Below are positions 38,601-47,199 of a DNA stretch of 64,000 bases, one piece after another (within the stretch, counting starts at the first letter, position 1; each line of letters begins with the position of its first letter). The notes beneath the pieces are model-generated. The model saw only the letters and a list, made by a program, of their open reading frames with translations, did not search any database and was not told where the DNA came from. Source of the DNA: an uncultured virus (IMG/VR IMGVR_UViG_3300036793_000098) (Duplodnaviria; Heunggongvirae; Uroviricota; Caudoviricetes); the IMG/VR virus record IMGVR_UViG_3300036793_000098; one strand, given 5' to 3'. The translations under genes were made by a program, and so were the position numbers.

Positions 38601-39149
38601 TGCTTCGATGGTCCCGGTGTAGCCGGCCGTGATCCCGGTGTTGGTGGCCGAGTTGACCGGGTCGCCGTAGCCGATGTAAGCGCGCCCGGCCGCCGCCGGC
38701 ACCAGCGTGGGCATCGTGATGCTCGTGGAACTCGCGGTGTTCAGGGAGCTACCTGAGGACTCCACCACCCAGGACGTGCCGGCGGCCATGCCAGTGGTGC
38801 TGAGGGTCTGCCAGTCGAAAGAGCCGCTGACGCTGGATAGCGACGCCGAGCCGGTCGCGGTGACCGTTTGCGCGGAGCCGAAGCTGGTGACCCGGCCAAC
38901 GAACACCGAGAAGATCTGCGCGGGCAGTGACCCGTTGACCGCGAACGGGAAAACCCCGACTCGGCCCCACTCGGTGACGCCGCCACCGGACAGCGACGCG
39001 ATGCTGACCGTGGTACTGCGAGTGATGCATACGACCACCACGAGGGCGCCGTTCGCGGTCGTGGTCAGCGAGAACGCGGTGTTGTTGGTGGAGAACGCCT
39101 CGGTGTTCGTGGTACTGGTCGTGATCGCACTGATCGTCGCAACAGCCAC
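35625..39149 (-). CDS. Tail fibre/spike with PL7 (alginate-lyase-like) domain and long Ala/Thr repeat stalk
   Basis: FPRTELRE, VCQIHD, YSKAGCY; ~20-aa repeats such as ATAALAATSSVSATG. Confidence 0.75.
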   Translation of the reverse strand: MAVATISAITTSTTNTEAFSTNNTAFSLTTTANGALVVVVCITRSTTVSIASLSGGGVTEWGRVGVFPFAVNGSLPAQIFSVFVGRVTSFGSAQTVTATGSASLSSVSGSFDWQTLSTTGMAAGTSWVVESSGSSLNTASSTSITMPTLVPAAAGRAYIGYGDPVNSATNTGITAGYTGTIEASTGNQWISNLSVSTSQSPVGKQGTTGVSDAIGLLVYATNPDTSAATALNIGSGSGKNHFKLQTAFSGYTAISELLQSELIAGWNTDPQFVNVSADGAVKFSVRMDAPTTSGTSFPRTELREESTDGVTDMAFDATSGVHYIRGRTKITDLGSSPSPNFRKRIVVCQIHDGTTLNSDVLKIYVQENSSTFVPELRIAVGGTGTGQPHLDNNYVLGTWFDWMLYINNGAWSIYYNDFATPVWTSTAYATAGGTFTFSGLAEYYSKAGCYSNSNETFDAATNYNTVELTNLQHWHTTWPTPTAIVNTATAALAATSSVSATGAIVQSGTATLSATTSVTTTGVREQPVAASLSASTTVTSAATATNQATATLSATSSVSATGVREQPATATLAASSTVAASGFTSTTGAGALASTTSVTAAASATTTGTAALSAATSVSATGVRVQPAAGTLSATTSVTAAGFISTTGSAALSASTAVTATGVGQTSGSATLTAASTVAANAVRVQPATAALTSASTVTAAATAATTGTAALTAVTSVTAGAIDIAPGTGTLAATTSVTATPTAGYFATAPLAAATSVTAGAIDIAPGAALLAASSTVTATAFATTSGTAALSASTVVTADTAGGTSATATLAATTSVTANAIDLVSGTAALVATTAVTAGATAGLFTTAGLTATTSVSAAAVREQSSSAALAAATSVTASGFVITTGAATLAAITSVSATTAGSTAADAALSAATTVTAAGDVTAVATVALSASTSVSAAGVRERPATAALTAATSVTAAGVLEQAATATLSAASTVTAVTAGSSNADATLGATTTVTANALVVGVASATLSASSSVAAAGTVIQPATATLSATSSVNSAATGSVPAVASLQAVTVLTAQAVLGQQATALLSAGTSVVAVVHWTAFSTATLGATTSVSAIAGHPSWEPDVGDPAMLPAVHALGPVMLSSTGAITAQALAGVHAGEGVENASVSSTGGQTVPATVRVGAPQALD

Positions 39150-39151
39150 CG

Positions 39152-40069
39152 CTACACCAGCACCGGCTCGCCGGCGTGCACCGTCGCCACCACGGTCGGT
39201 TCACCGATGCGTGGCACCCAGTTGGTGCGCACTGGGATCACATCCCCGCTGGCAGTGACTGACGTGGCGGCGGCCAGCGATACGCCGGCCGGCAACTCGC
39301 GCATCCCGCTGGCTGAAATGGAGGTAGTGGCGACCAGCGTCGCCGTCGCCCCGGTACCGATGGTCGCGGTACCGGTCACGGACGTAGCCGCGGTAAGGGC
39401 CGCGGTGGCCGCGATCGGGAACGGCCCAGCCTCGGTGGTGACCGCCGTGGGGCCCTCGGTCGCATCCGCGACCAACGTGCGCCCGTTCCCCGAGTGATCG
39501 GTCAGATCCGACGCGGACTCTAGCGGCCACGCCGCCCACAGTCCCGTGACGGACACTGGGACGGTCGATGACCACTCGGTTTCGATCTCGGTCTGTGACA
39601 GCTCTCGGGACCACACTCGCACATAGGCGAGGCGCCCGTTGAACCATTCGTTCGCCTCGGCCGGGGTTCGGCCGGCAAGAGTGACGCCGATCGGGTCTGG
39701 AATTGATCCAATCGCCCCGGAGCTGACCTGGGTCACCCCGACCTGCGTCGCCGCGTAGTTCTTCGCGGTGCCTGAGCTGTTTCGGGTGACGGCCAGCTTC
39801 CGCCACGCGCCCACGGCCATGCCTAGGCTGCCGTTCACGATGCCGGAGGTGGAGAAGTACTGCGGCCCAGTCAGTCCGTCGCTGTCGGTGTCGAACGTGA
39901 CCGGCACGTTTGAGTCTGACCCGGTCCACAATCGGACCAGCGTTGAATAGTCGCCACGCGACACTGACACATAAGCCCACAGTGTGATCGTGAACCCGGA
40001 GTTCGGAGTGGGCGGGCTTGACGCCGAATAGGACAGGCGGTCGGATGCCGCATCAAAACGAACAGCCAT
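39152..40069 (-). CDS. LamG/concanavalin-like tail protein
   Basis: FTITLW, FNGRLAYVRVWSRELSQTEI, DHSGNG. Confidence 0.7.
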   Translation of the reverse strand: MAVRFDAASDRLSYSASSPPTPNSGFTITLWAYVSVSRGDYSTLVRLWTGSDSNVPVTFDTDSDGLTGPQYFSTSGIVNGSLGMAVGAWRKLAVTRNSSGTAKNYAATQVGVTQVSSGAIGSIPDPIGVTLAGRTPAEANEWFNGRLAYVRVWSRELSQTEIETEWSSTVPVSVTGLWAAWPLESASDLTDHSGNGRTLVADATEGPTAVTTEAGPFPIAATAALTAATSVTGTATIGTGATATLVATTSISASGMRELPAGVSLAAATSVTASGDVIPVRTNWVPRIGEPTVVATVHAGEPVLV

Positions 40070-40146
40070 TTAGCCCCGGCCACCTTCCTCATCAACCAAC
40101 AGCGACCGGGGCATACGTCAGGCTTAGGTCATTCCGGGACCATCAA

Positions 40147-40554
40147 TCACGTCATCGATATTGAGATCGCACCTGAAGCGAACGAAAGTGTATCCCCCAG
40201 CCCCAGGGTCTTACTGGCACCCAGAGTCCCCCACCAACGGCGCACGGGAGTACCAGCGCTGTCCCACAACTCAATGCCAGTGACCGTGATGGCCGGCATG
40301 TTCGTGAAGCTGATAACGGCGTTCGTAGCGATTGCGCCGCTAGCAGCGGTGGCCCACTTACCAGTGGTGGCAGCACGAGCATAGGTCGAGCCGCCAGCGT
40401 TGGTGCACTCCGTCCCCGCCGTGGTCGCACTCGACGCCGTGCCGGTGACGATCAGCGCAAGGTTGATTGCGCCAGTGGCTGCGGTGTACGAAGCCCCTGT
40501 CACGCTGGAAGTGAGCAGTGCGTTAGCCTCGACCTGAACGACTCCGCTGGTCAT
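40147..40554 (-). CDS. Minor tail protein
   Basis: YARAA..W, ISFT, LWDS, GDTLSFASGAISI motifs typical of small tail-fibre-associated proteins. Confidence 0.65.
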   Translation of the reverse strand: MTSGVVQVEANALLTSSVTGASYTAATGAINLALIVTGTASSATTAGTECTNAGGSTYARAATTGKWATAASGAIATNAVISFTNMPAITVTGIELWDSAGTPVRRWWGTLGASKTLGLGDTLSFASGAISISMT

Positions 40555-40556
40555 GA

Positions 40557-40766
40557 TCAGCCCTTCTCGATGATGTAGGCCCGGAGGTAGTCCCCGGTCT
40601 TGTCCTTTGCGCCCTTGACAAGTAGTGCGCAGTCCTCACACCCGGTAATCCGAGCATGACAGTCCGGATGCCAGTTAGAGCTGTGGACGCCGTCGAGATC
40701 GATGACATGACGGGGGTGATCGTCTTCAACGGCACATCCGAGGCACTTACGTACAGGGTTGCTCAT
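40557..40766 (-). CDS. Small Cys/His-rich protein
   Basis: CLGC..DDHPRH..HPDC..CEDC. Confidence 0.5.
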   Translation of the reverse strand: MSNPVRKCLGCAVEDDHPRHVIDLDGVHSSNWHPDCHARITGCEDCALLVKGAKDKTGDYLRAYIIEKG

Positions 40767-40872
40767 GAGATCAATTTCTCCTGTGTCAGTTATTCGGTAG
40801 AATGAGAACAGCAAAAACCCCGCGACGGAGTGGAGTCCGCCCGGGGCTGTGGCCGACTAATGAGGAGTCGAC

Positions 40873-41340
40873 GTGACCAAGCCTACTAGGCTGATTCTGT
40901 GCCCGACATGTAACCGCGTAGCCCCAGTGCACGCCCGTGAGCTTTGCCATAACTGCTACGTACGACTGCACCGCAGGCATGGATCGACAGGAGTGGCTGA
41001 GTACGCACGCCGGACTAAGACTCCGGACGAGTGGCTAGACATGCTCGACATGTCAGACCCGAGTGCTTGTTGGGTCTGGCCAGGACCACGCTTCCAGGAT
41101 GGCTACAGCCAGGTAGCGAACAACTCGGCACACCGGTGGATCTGGGAACGATTCATCGGACCGATCCCGGCAGGCATGGAGATCGATCACACGTGCCACA
41201 GCTCCGACCCGGAGTGCGTTAGCTCGCCGGCGTGCCCGCACCGACCGTGCGTGAACTACGTGCACCATCTGGAGTTGGTCACGCCACTGCAGAACCAGAA
41301 ACGCAAGTGGGAACGGATCTACGCGCAACGAGCGATCTAG
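40873..41340 (+). CDS. HNH endonuclease
   Basis: CWVW..DGY..AHR..IDHTC..CVN..HLELVT..N. Confidence 0.85.
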   Translation: MTKPTRLILCPTCNRVAPVHARELCHNCYVRLHRRHGSTGVAEYARRTKTPDEWLDMLDMSDPSACWVWPGPRFQDGYSQVANNSAHRWIWERFIGPIPAGMEIDHTCHSSDPECVSSPACPHRPCVNYVHHLELVTPLQNQKRKWERIYAQRAI

Positions 41341-41708
41341 CGGGTCACTTCCAGATCGAGGAATACCGCGCCGTCAGCGATACGGAACGTTCGCTGTCCC
41401 ACGGGCGCGGCGGGGTTGGTCAGATAGATGTCGTAGCGGCCGGTGTTCCAGTCCCACGTGGTGGACTCGGCGCCAAGCACTCGGATCGTCAATGTGTTGC
41501 CGGCCAGGGTGATCAGGCCTTCCCCGGTGGCCGGCGAAGTGGACCAGGTGAACAGGGCCGGGTCGGAGTTCTGCACCCGGCGGATCTGCCCCCGCGCGGT
41601 GCACCCGGTCAGGTCGTAGGGGGAGCCTTCGGTGTCGAAGATGGGGAACGCCAACCCCGGCCAGTCCGCGCCCTGCTCGATCGTCAGGTCGACGTGAACA
41701 GCGGCCAT
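41337..41708 (-). CDS. Ig-like/BppU-like tail-associated protein
   Basis: LTIEQGADW..YDLTGCTARGQIR..GRYDI. Confidence 0.65.
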   Translation of the reverse strand: MAAVHVDLTIEQGADWPGLAFPIFDTEGSPYDLTGCTARGQIRRVQNSDPALFTWSTSPATGEGLITLAGNTLTIRVLGAESTTWDWNTGRYDIYLTNPAAPVGQRTFRIADGAVFLDLEVTR

Positions 41709-41839
41709 TACACGATCACAGCTATAGCGAGCAGGATGACCGCGATGACCAGCAGCGGGTAGCCCTGCGCGAGCGGCAGTAGCGAGAAGATCGCCAGCAG
41801 CAACGCGAGGATGGCCAGCACCAGAGAGATCGACAGCAT
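41708..41839 (-). CDS. Small two-TM membrane protein of the lysis cassette
   Basis: 43 aa, almost fully hydrophobic. Confidence 0.55.
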   Translation of the reverse strand: MLSISLVLAILALLLAIFSLLPLAQGYPLLVIAVILLAIAVIV

Positions 41840-41841
41840 GG

Positions 41842-42939
41842 CTACTTTCCCTTCAAGAACGACGGCGTACTCTTGTCGCCGACCTGCGACGCGACCAACG
41901 ACGTGAGCAGCGAGGCCACGGCGGCTCCGGCGGAGATGCTCAGGTCGGTCGTCCACGGCACATGCACGATGTCGATGACCCCGGCGCCGAGCAGCGACAG
42001 CATCGACACCGCGAACGCCCGGACGACCCGCTCCCCGGTGGCCTTCCAGAACGACACGGTGGTGAGCTCGTCGGTGGCCAGGGCTTGGATCGCCGGGTGG
42101 GCGGCGACCGTGGCGGCGATCTCGTTGACGTCCGAGCGGAGCATGCCCGGCGGTTTCGCCTGCGCCCGCTTGAGCAGCTGCTGCAGCATCAAGGTCGCCT
42201 GATTGGTGCTGACCGAGACCCTGAGCAGGTGCTGCAGCATGTTGTACGGGGTGTTCTTGTCGTCGGTGATGCCACCGGGCCACGCCGGCAGCACGCCGAG
42301 CAGCTGCTGATGGATCTCGTCGATCTGCTGGTTCGGGTCCACGGGCACTCCTGCGCCTTGCGCCAGAGAGATCACGACATCCCACGGGAACCCGGGGCCC
42401 GGGTCGGTGTGGGTTCCGTCCTTCATGCCGACTGTCCAGTCGACGTGTCCGCATACCCCCGGGTGACCGGCGGCGACCTGCGCCGGAGTCAGCTTCACCA
42501 CGGGGATATTGCGGGCGGTGCACCGAGCGGCAACCCACGACGCGGCATTGCGCAGCATCGGCATGTGGTCGCTGAGCCACTGCTCCCGCGTCCACGCGGC
42601 GAACCCGCAGAGCTCGGCGTTATCCGAAATGGGGTTCGCCGAGCGGGTGGTCCACGCCTCGCGGTCATAGTCCACGTACTGCTCGAGGCCGTCGTCGTCG
42701 ATCCCCACGTGCGAGCTGACCTGCACCGAGGCCGCGGCGAAGTAGTTACCCAGCTCCGCCACCGTCCGTGCGCCCTCGGCGGTGTGCAGAATGACCAGAC
42801 GGACCGGAGCCGCTCCGCGAGGGGAAGAATTCGGGGACGTCTTCTCCGGGATCGCCAGGCGACTGGTTTCCGGCTCCGGCTCGTCCGACCAGCCGTTACC
42901 GGTCTGAGCCTTCAGCTCATCGGAATACCGCCAGGCCAT
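41842..42939 (-). CDS. Endolysin (Amidase_2) fused to an r1t-like holin domain
   Basis: ILHTAEG, SSHVGID, AELCG, GHVDW, HTDPGPGFPW; C-terminal FWKATGERVVRAFA..AAVASLLTSL..TPSF. Confidence 0.8.
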   Translation of the reverse strand: MAWRYSDELKAQTGNGWSDEPEPETSRLAIPEKTSPNSSPRGAAPVRLVILHTAEGARTVAELGNYFAAASVQVSSHVGIDDDGLEQYVDYDREAWTTRSANPISDNAELCGFAAWTREQWLSDHMPMLRNAASWVAARCTARNIPVVKLTPAQVAAGHPGVCGHVDWTVGMKDGTHTDPGPGFPWDVVISLAQGAGVPVDPNQQIDEIHQQLLGVLPAWPGGITDDKNTPYNMLQHLLRVSVSTNQATLMLQQLLKRAQAKPPGMLRSDVNEIAATVAAHPAIQALATDELTTVSFWKATGERVVRAFAVSMLSLLGAGVIDIVHVPWTTDLSISAGAAVASLLTSLVASQVGDKSTPSFLKGK

Positions 42940-42941
42940 GG

Positions 42942-43865
42942 CTAGTGGCCGTGGTGATGCGGATCTTGCGCTGCGAAGAACGCCGCAACCTCAGCCTGAA
43001 TGCTGGTCAGCACCGCGACCGCATCTCCAGCTGGCGGCGGGTTCACCGGCGGCGGGTTCACCGGCGGCGGGGTGACCGGACCGGTGGAGACGAACGGCCC
43101 AGGCTTGCCGGTGACCTGCAGGTACGCCGCGTTAGCGGCGGCCACGTCGAGACCCTCAGGGGTCAGATTGTTCTTGATCCACTCCTGTGATGCGACAGCA
43201 TAGGGCTCATCCACCCACGCGGTCCACGCCGCCTCGGTCATCTCGAAATAGCCGCCCCAGGTACTGCCCTTGATGGTGCCGCCCTTGGTGATCTGATGAA
43301 CGGCCACACAGTGCCCACCGAGCGGGCGGTCGCGGCGCACGACGTCGAACACGGTGCCCTTGTCGAACGCGGTCTCGAAGCCCTGGGTGCAGGTGAACCC
43401 GATGTAGAGGTTCCCGAACAGGTAGAGCGCGGCGCGCATCTCGTCGAAGTCTTTGGGGTCGACCGCGAAGTAGGCGGCGATCTTGTGGCCGGCGATGCCG
43501 GTCTGGTTCCAGTACTTCAGGACGGTGGCCATGTCGCCGCCCTGGTCGGTGTTCGGCTTACCCGGGACGTAGCCGGTGCTGCCGGAGTAGAACTTGATCA
43601 CGTCGTTCAGGGCCGGCACAACGGGAGCGCCCTGACCGAACTGGGACAGGGCGGTCTCAACGTGGGCGGCGCCGGCCGCGGTGCAATCCCCGAGAGTGTC
43701 GTTACCGTCCATGGGGAGGTTCGAGGTATCCGGCACGTAGGCCACCACGTCCGGCACAGTCCCGGTGTAACCGGCCTTCAGGACGCTCTTCAGCGGGATG
43801 CTGCGCACCAGGTCCCGGGGCGCGCTGGGGAGCCGGCCGAGACACTTGCTGACCTTCTTAGCCAC
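42942..43865 (-). CDS. Papain-like (C1) cysteine peptidase
   Basis: GNDTLGDCTAAG, GGHCV, STWG. Confidence 0.7.
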   Translation of the reverse strand: MAKKVSKCLGRLPSAPRDLVRSIPLKSVLKAGYTGTVPDVVAYVPDTSNLPMDGNDTLGDCTAAGAAHVETALSQFGQGAPVVPALNDVIKFYSGSTGYVPGKPNTDQGGDMATVLKYWNQTGIAGHKIAAYFAVDPKDFDEMRAALYLFGNLYIGFTCTQGFETAFDKGTVFDVVRRDRPLGGHCVAVHQITKGGTIKGSTWGGYFEMTEAAWTAWVDEPYAVASQEWIKNNLTPEGLDVAAANAAYLQVTGKPGPFVSTGPVTPPPVNPPPVNPPPAGDAVAVLTSIQAEVAAFFAAQDPHHHGH

Positions 43866-43958
43866 GTGAGTCTCCTGGTTATGGGGCCGCCGAGCCCGTA
43901 CGCCCAGGAGTAAGCGCACGGACTCGGCGGGGTTTCGGGGGTGGGCAGGTAGAACTAC

Positions 43959-44189
43959 TCAGCCGGCGGCCGGCGGGTTCAGTACCGCCTGGGCGATCGC
44001 GTCGGCGGCGTCCACCTTGGACTGATTGTCCGCGTCGTCGGCCTGAACGGCGGCGGCCACGGCGGCGGCCTGGTTGGCGTCAGCCGCGTTCAGCGCGTCC
44101 TGTAGCGCCACGATCTGCGCGGCCTGTGCCTGGTAGCCGGCGGCGAGGGTATTGAGGTCGGCGTCGAGCTGGTCGAAATCGGCGGCCAT
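43959..44189 (-). CDS. Small Ala/Asp-rich coiled-coil protein
   Basis: MAADFDQLDADL...; start may lie further upstream. Confidence 0.45.
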   Translation of the reverse strand: MAADFDQLDADLNTLAAGYQAQAAQIVALQDALNAADANQAAAVAAAVQADDADNQSKVDAADAIAQAVLNPPAAG

Positions 44190-44566
44190 TGATTCTTCCA
44201 ATCTGGTCTGGTTCTCCTCGATGGCCAGGAGGTGACCATCGATGCCTGTGAGGGTGTTCTCGAGCCGCGTCATGCGGCGGTCGAACTCGTCGTAGGTGAC
44301 CGGTTGGCAACAGGGCCGTGGGCAGCTCATGGGGAAGCTCGTCTCTGGAGCGGGATTTGACGTGCCATGCACTCGTCGGCGAGCTGCAGCACGATGCACG
44401 GCCACGGCGTGGGAGCCGTTTGGGTGTTGCAGCCGAGACAGGAGCCGTCCTCGGCTTGGACGTGCTTCTGCTGCAGGTAGAGCGCCCTGCCGAGGTCGCG
44501 GGCCAGGAAGCCGATCACAGCCGAGCAGGCACGGTCCCCCGGCGTCACAGCTACGGCTCTATTGGT

Positions 44567-45217
44567 TTAATTGCGCTCTGCGCGGAGACGTGCCCTGCGC
44601 TTCCTGTCCCACTCACGTAAGTACTCCCGGCGCTTCTCGGTCTTACCAAAGCGTGCCGATGCGGCGTTCGCGCACTTCTTGCATACCCGCGCACCGTTTG
44701 ACTCGTACCGGGTATTTTCCGGCGTGTATTCGTGACCTTTGCCGCAGCAGTTGCGTGGACTGTTCCGATGATGATGCCTAGCTTTATTTATCAACGGATC
44801 AACAGGTTCGAGGTGTGCTGGGTTGACACATCTTCGATGTGGGCAATCCGAACCTTTGTAGCACTCCGGATCATTACTGTGGCAGAGATGGTCCAGGTCG
44901 GCCCCTGCGGGAATCGGTCCAACCAGAGTCTCGTACGCGAACCTGTACGCCGCCCCCTGGGCGGGGGTCTGACCGTACCCGGATGGTCCGATGAATCCGA
45001 CCCATGGCCAACAATCGTCTGGGCCGCGCTTCGAGGCATTCAGATGTCGAAGGGCTGCATCGCCGCCCTTCGCTCGCATCGAGGGAGGAAGTGGCCCGCC
45101 AGCGTTCCTGAGCCGCTGATAGCAGCTGCCACACAAGTGGCGACGAGTGGCAGGCCTATCACAGGTCGCGACGGAGCACGTACGATCAGGCACATCGACT
45201 CCAAGCCAGTCGGTCAT
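44567..45217 (-). CDS. HNH endonuclease
   Basis: CWPW..GYG..DLDHLC..CVNPAHLE..N, CGKGHEYTPENT; lower GC. Confidence 0.85.
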   Translation of the reverse strand: MTDWLGVDVPDRTCSVATCDRPATRRHLCGSCYQRLRNAGGPLPPSMRAKGGDAALRHLNASKRGPDDCWPWVGFIGPSGYGQTPAQGAAYRFAYETLVGPIPAGADLDHLCHSNDPECYKGSDCPHRRCVNPAHLEPVDPLINKARHHHRNSPRNCCGKGHEYTPENTRYESNGARVCKKCANAASARFGKTEKRREYLREWDRKRRARLRAERN

Positions 45218-45306
45218 GCCCCGGGGAGTGCTCTAACACTTCGCCGGGGTGCTTACTTAAGATCTTACGCGGATTTGACCTTGATCGCGAACGCCGTGAC
45301 CTGCAG

Positions 45307-45936
45307 TTATGGATTCGTCGGCTTGAGCGAAATAAGCTTGGCGAACAAGATTGTTTGCTGCAGGTAGTTATGTGTGGCCGTGTCCAAGTCCCCGGGGCCG
45401 CAGGTGATGGCGACGAGCTCCGGACCGTTCGCCCCGCCGTACACGTCCTTGGTCGGGAACTTCGCCTTGGCGACGATCAGCACCTTGGAGACTTTGAACG
45501 TCGCCGTCTGCCCGTCAGTTCTCGAGGCCGCGATCTCCGCGCCGACCTTCACCTTGGCCAGGTCAGCGAAAGCTCCTTGCACATGATTTGCATTAATGTG
45601 CCCGACCACGACGGCCCGTTCGACGCAGTCGGGGTACTTGCAGGTGGCCGCGTCGCCGGGCACCGGACTGCGGCGGTACCAGCCCAGCATCCGCGGCGCG
45701 GTCAATGGCGGCACGCCGAGAGAGCCGTCGTCGTTCTTGTCCACCTGCATGGTGAGGTTGTCATCCAGTCCGATGGACGGGATCCTCACCGCGGACATGC
45801 CCACGTCCGGACTGGTCGGTGTCGGCTGCGTTGAGCTCGGCGGAGACGTCTCGTTAGGTGGCGACAGTTGCGCCGACGGGTGCGAGCACGCCGCCAGGAA
45901 CGTCAGGAGGGCGACGAGGCCCACTGGGGCCCGCAT
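45307..45936 (-). CDS. Class F sortase (lipoprotein signal)
   Basis: LAAC lipobox, VRIPSIG, GWY..PG, VVVGH, GAF..L, FPT..VYG, LVAITC, HNY. Confidence 0.85.
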   Translation of the reverse strand: MRAPVGLVALLTFLAACSHPSAQLSPPNETSPPSSTQPTPTSPDVGMSAVRIPSIGLDDNLTMQVDKNDDGSLGVPPLTAPRMLGWYRRSPVPGDAATCKYPDCVERAVVVGHINANHVQGAFADLAKVKVGAEIAASRTDGQTATFKVSKVLIVAKAKFPTKDVYGGANGPELVAITCGPGDLDTATHNYLQQTILFAKLISLKPTNP

Positions 45937-46113
45937 GCGTCGCGTCTGGCGACGATGAGAGCGGTAACGAGGGACTGGACGGCCTCCGGCGATAACAGTA
46001 CTGACGGGCCATCGTCGGAGTGGGGCGCGCGAATGGTTACTAGCACGAGTCCATCCGCGCGCCCCACCGACAGTGAACCGTTGCCGCCGTCGCGGGTCGG
46101 CATTGGTCACAGC

Positions 46114-47088
46114 TCAGACAGCCCGCGCGTGCGCCAGCACCCACGCGGCGCTGTCGCCACCGGTCTGCACCGGCCCGGACGGGACGGCGCTGTTGGTTAA
46201 CGGCTTCGACGCACCGTCGTCACCGGAGGCCGGAGCCGGGTCAGCCGGTGTGGTATCGCTGATCGGCGCGACCTGCTGAATGATGGTCACCGGCGGGGTC
46301 GGGTCGCTACACACCGTGCGCAGCTGGGAGTAGACCCGGTTGTAGTTGTTGAACCGGGCCCGGTCGAGGCTGGAGAACCGGTTCCAGTCGTTGCGCTCGG
46401 ACAGCGACAGCACGTTCAGGTCGGATCCGTTCCAACCCCGGTGCGAGGACAGCAGACGCAGGCGCAGCCCGGACCAGTCGCGGCGGTTGGCGTTGAGCTC
46501 GTTGCCGTAACGCACAGCGTCAGTCCGGTAGGTCACACACTGTCCGTCGTTGCTGACGCTGACCTGGTTGGTACAGGACGAGCTGTGCAGCTGCATCCAG
46601 CGGGCGTTGGGGTTGCCGCCGAGGAGGCGGAGGAACCCGTCACGGTGGGAGAGGTTGCGGTTGTACCAGCCGCCGTAGGTGCTGTCAGAACACACGTCCA
46701 GGGACAGGTTCTGGTCCAGCCACAGGTAACGGCCGTCGATACGCGGGCCGCCCCAAGTGCCGGGGTAGTGGCCACCGCGCGGACCGCCGTAGATGGGGCC
46801 GGAGCTCTGGCAACCCGGCACGCGCGGATTGTGGTCCACGGTGCAGGTCGGGTCACCGACCGGGTTCGCCACACAGGCGGTGCCGTTCCAATGGGTACCA
46901 GCGAGGCATCCGTGATCGACGCGGCGGAAGTCGCTCTTGTCCGAGTCGGCACACTTGACGTCGCTCGATGCAACGTTGATGCATCCGAGGCCACCGACGG
47001 ACGGATCGGCCGAAGCCACCCCCGTGGATACTACGAGACCTAGCACTACCGCCAGAGCGGCAAAGCCGGCGACTAGCAGTCGACGCAT
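46114..47088 (-). CDS. Secreted Cys-rich protein, probable sortase F substrate
   Basis: Signal peptide (..GVASA), Pro-rich linker, C-terminal VPSGPVQTGG motif. Confidence 0.65.
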   Translation of the reverse strand: MRRLLVAGFAALAVVLGLVVSTGVASADPSVGGLGCINVASSDVKCADSDKSDFRRVDHGCLAGTHWNGTACVANPVGDPTCTVDHNPRVPGCQSSGPIYGGPRGGHYPGTWGGPRIDGRYLWLDQNLSLDVCSDSTYGGWYNRNLSHRDGFLRLLGGNPNARWMQLHSSSCTNQVSVSNDGQCVTYRTDAVRYGNELNANRRDWSGLRLRLLSSHRGWNGSDLNVLSLSERNDWNRFSSLDRARFNNYNRVYSQLRTVCSDPTPPVTIIQQVAPISDTTPADPAPASGDDGASKPLTNSAVPSGPVQTGGDSAAWVLAHARAV

Positions 47089-47199
47089 GATCTTTTACCT
47101 CCTGTGAGCGAACACCCCGAAATCTGAGTGTTCGAGGCCCAACCCCAGTGAGGGGACGGGAGAATGAGGCCCGCTACGGGCATCTCAGAGCCGCCTGTA

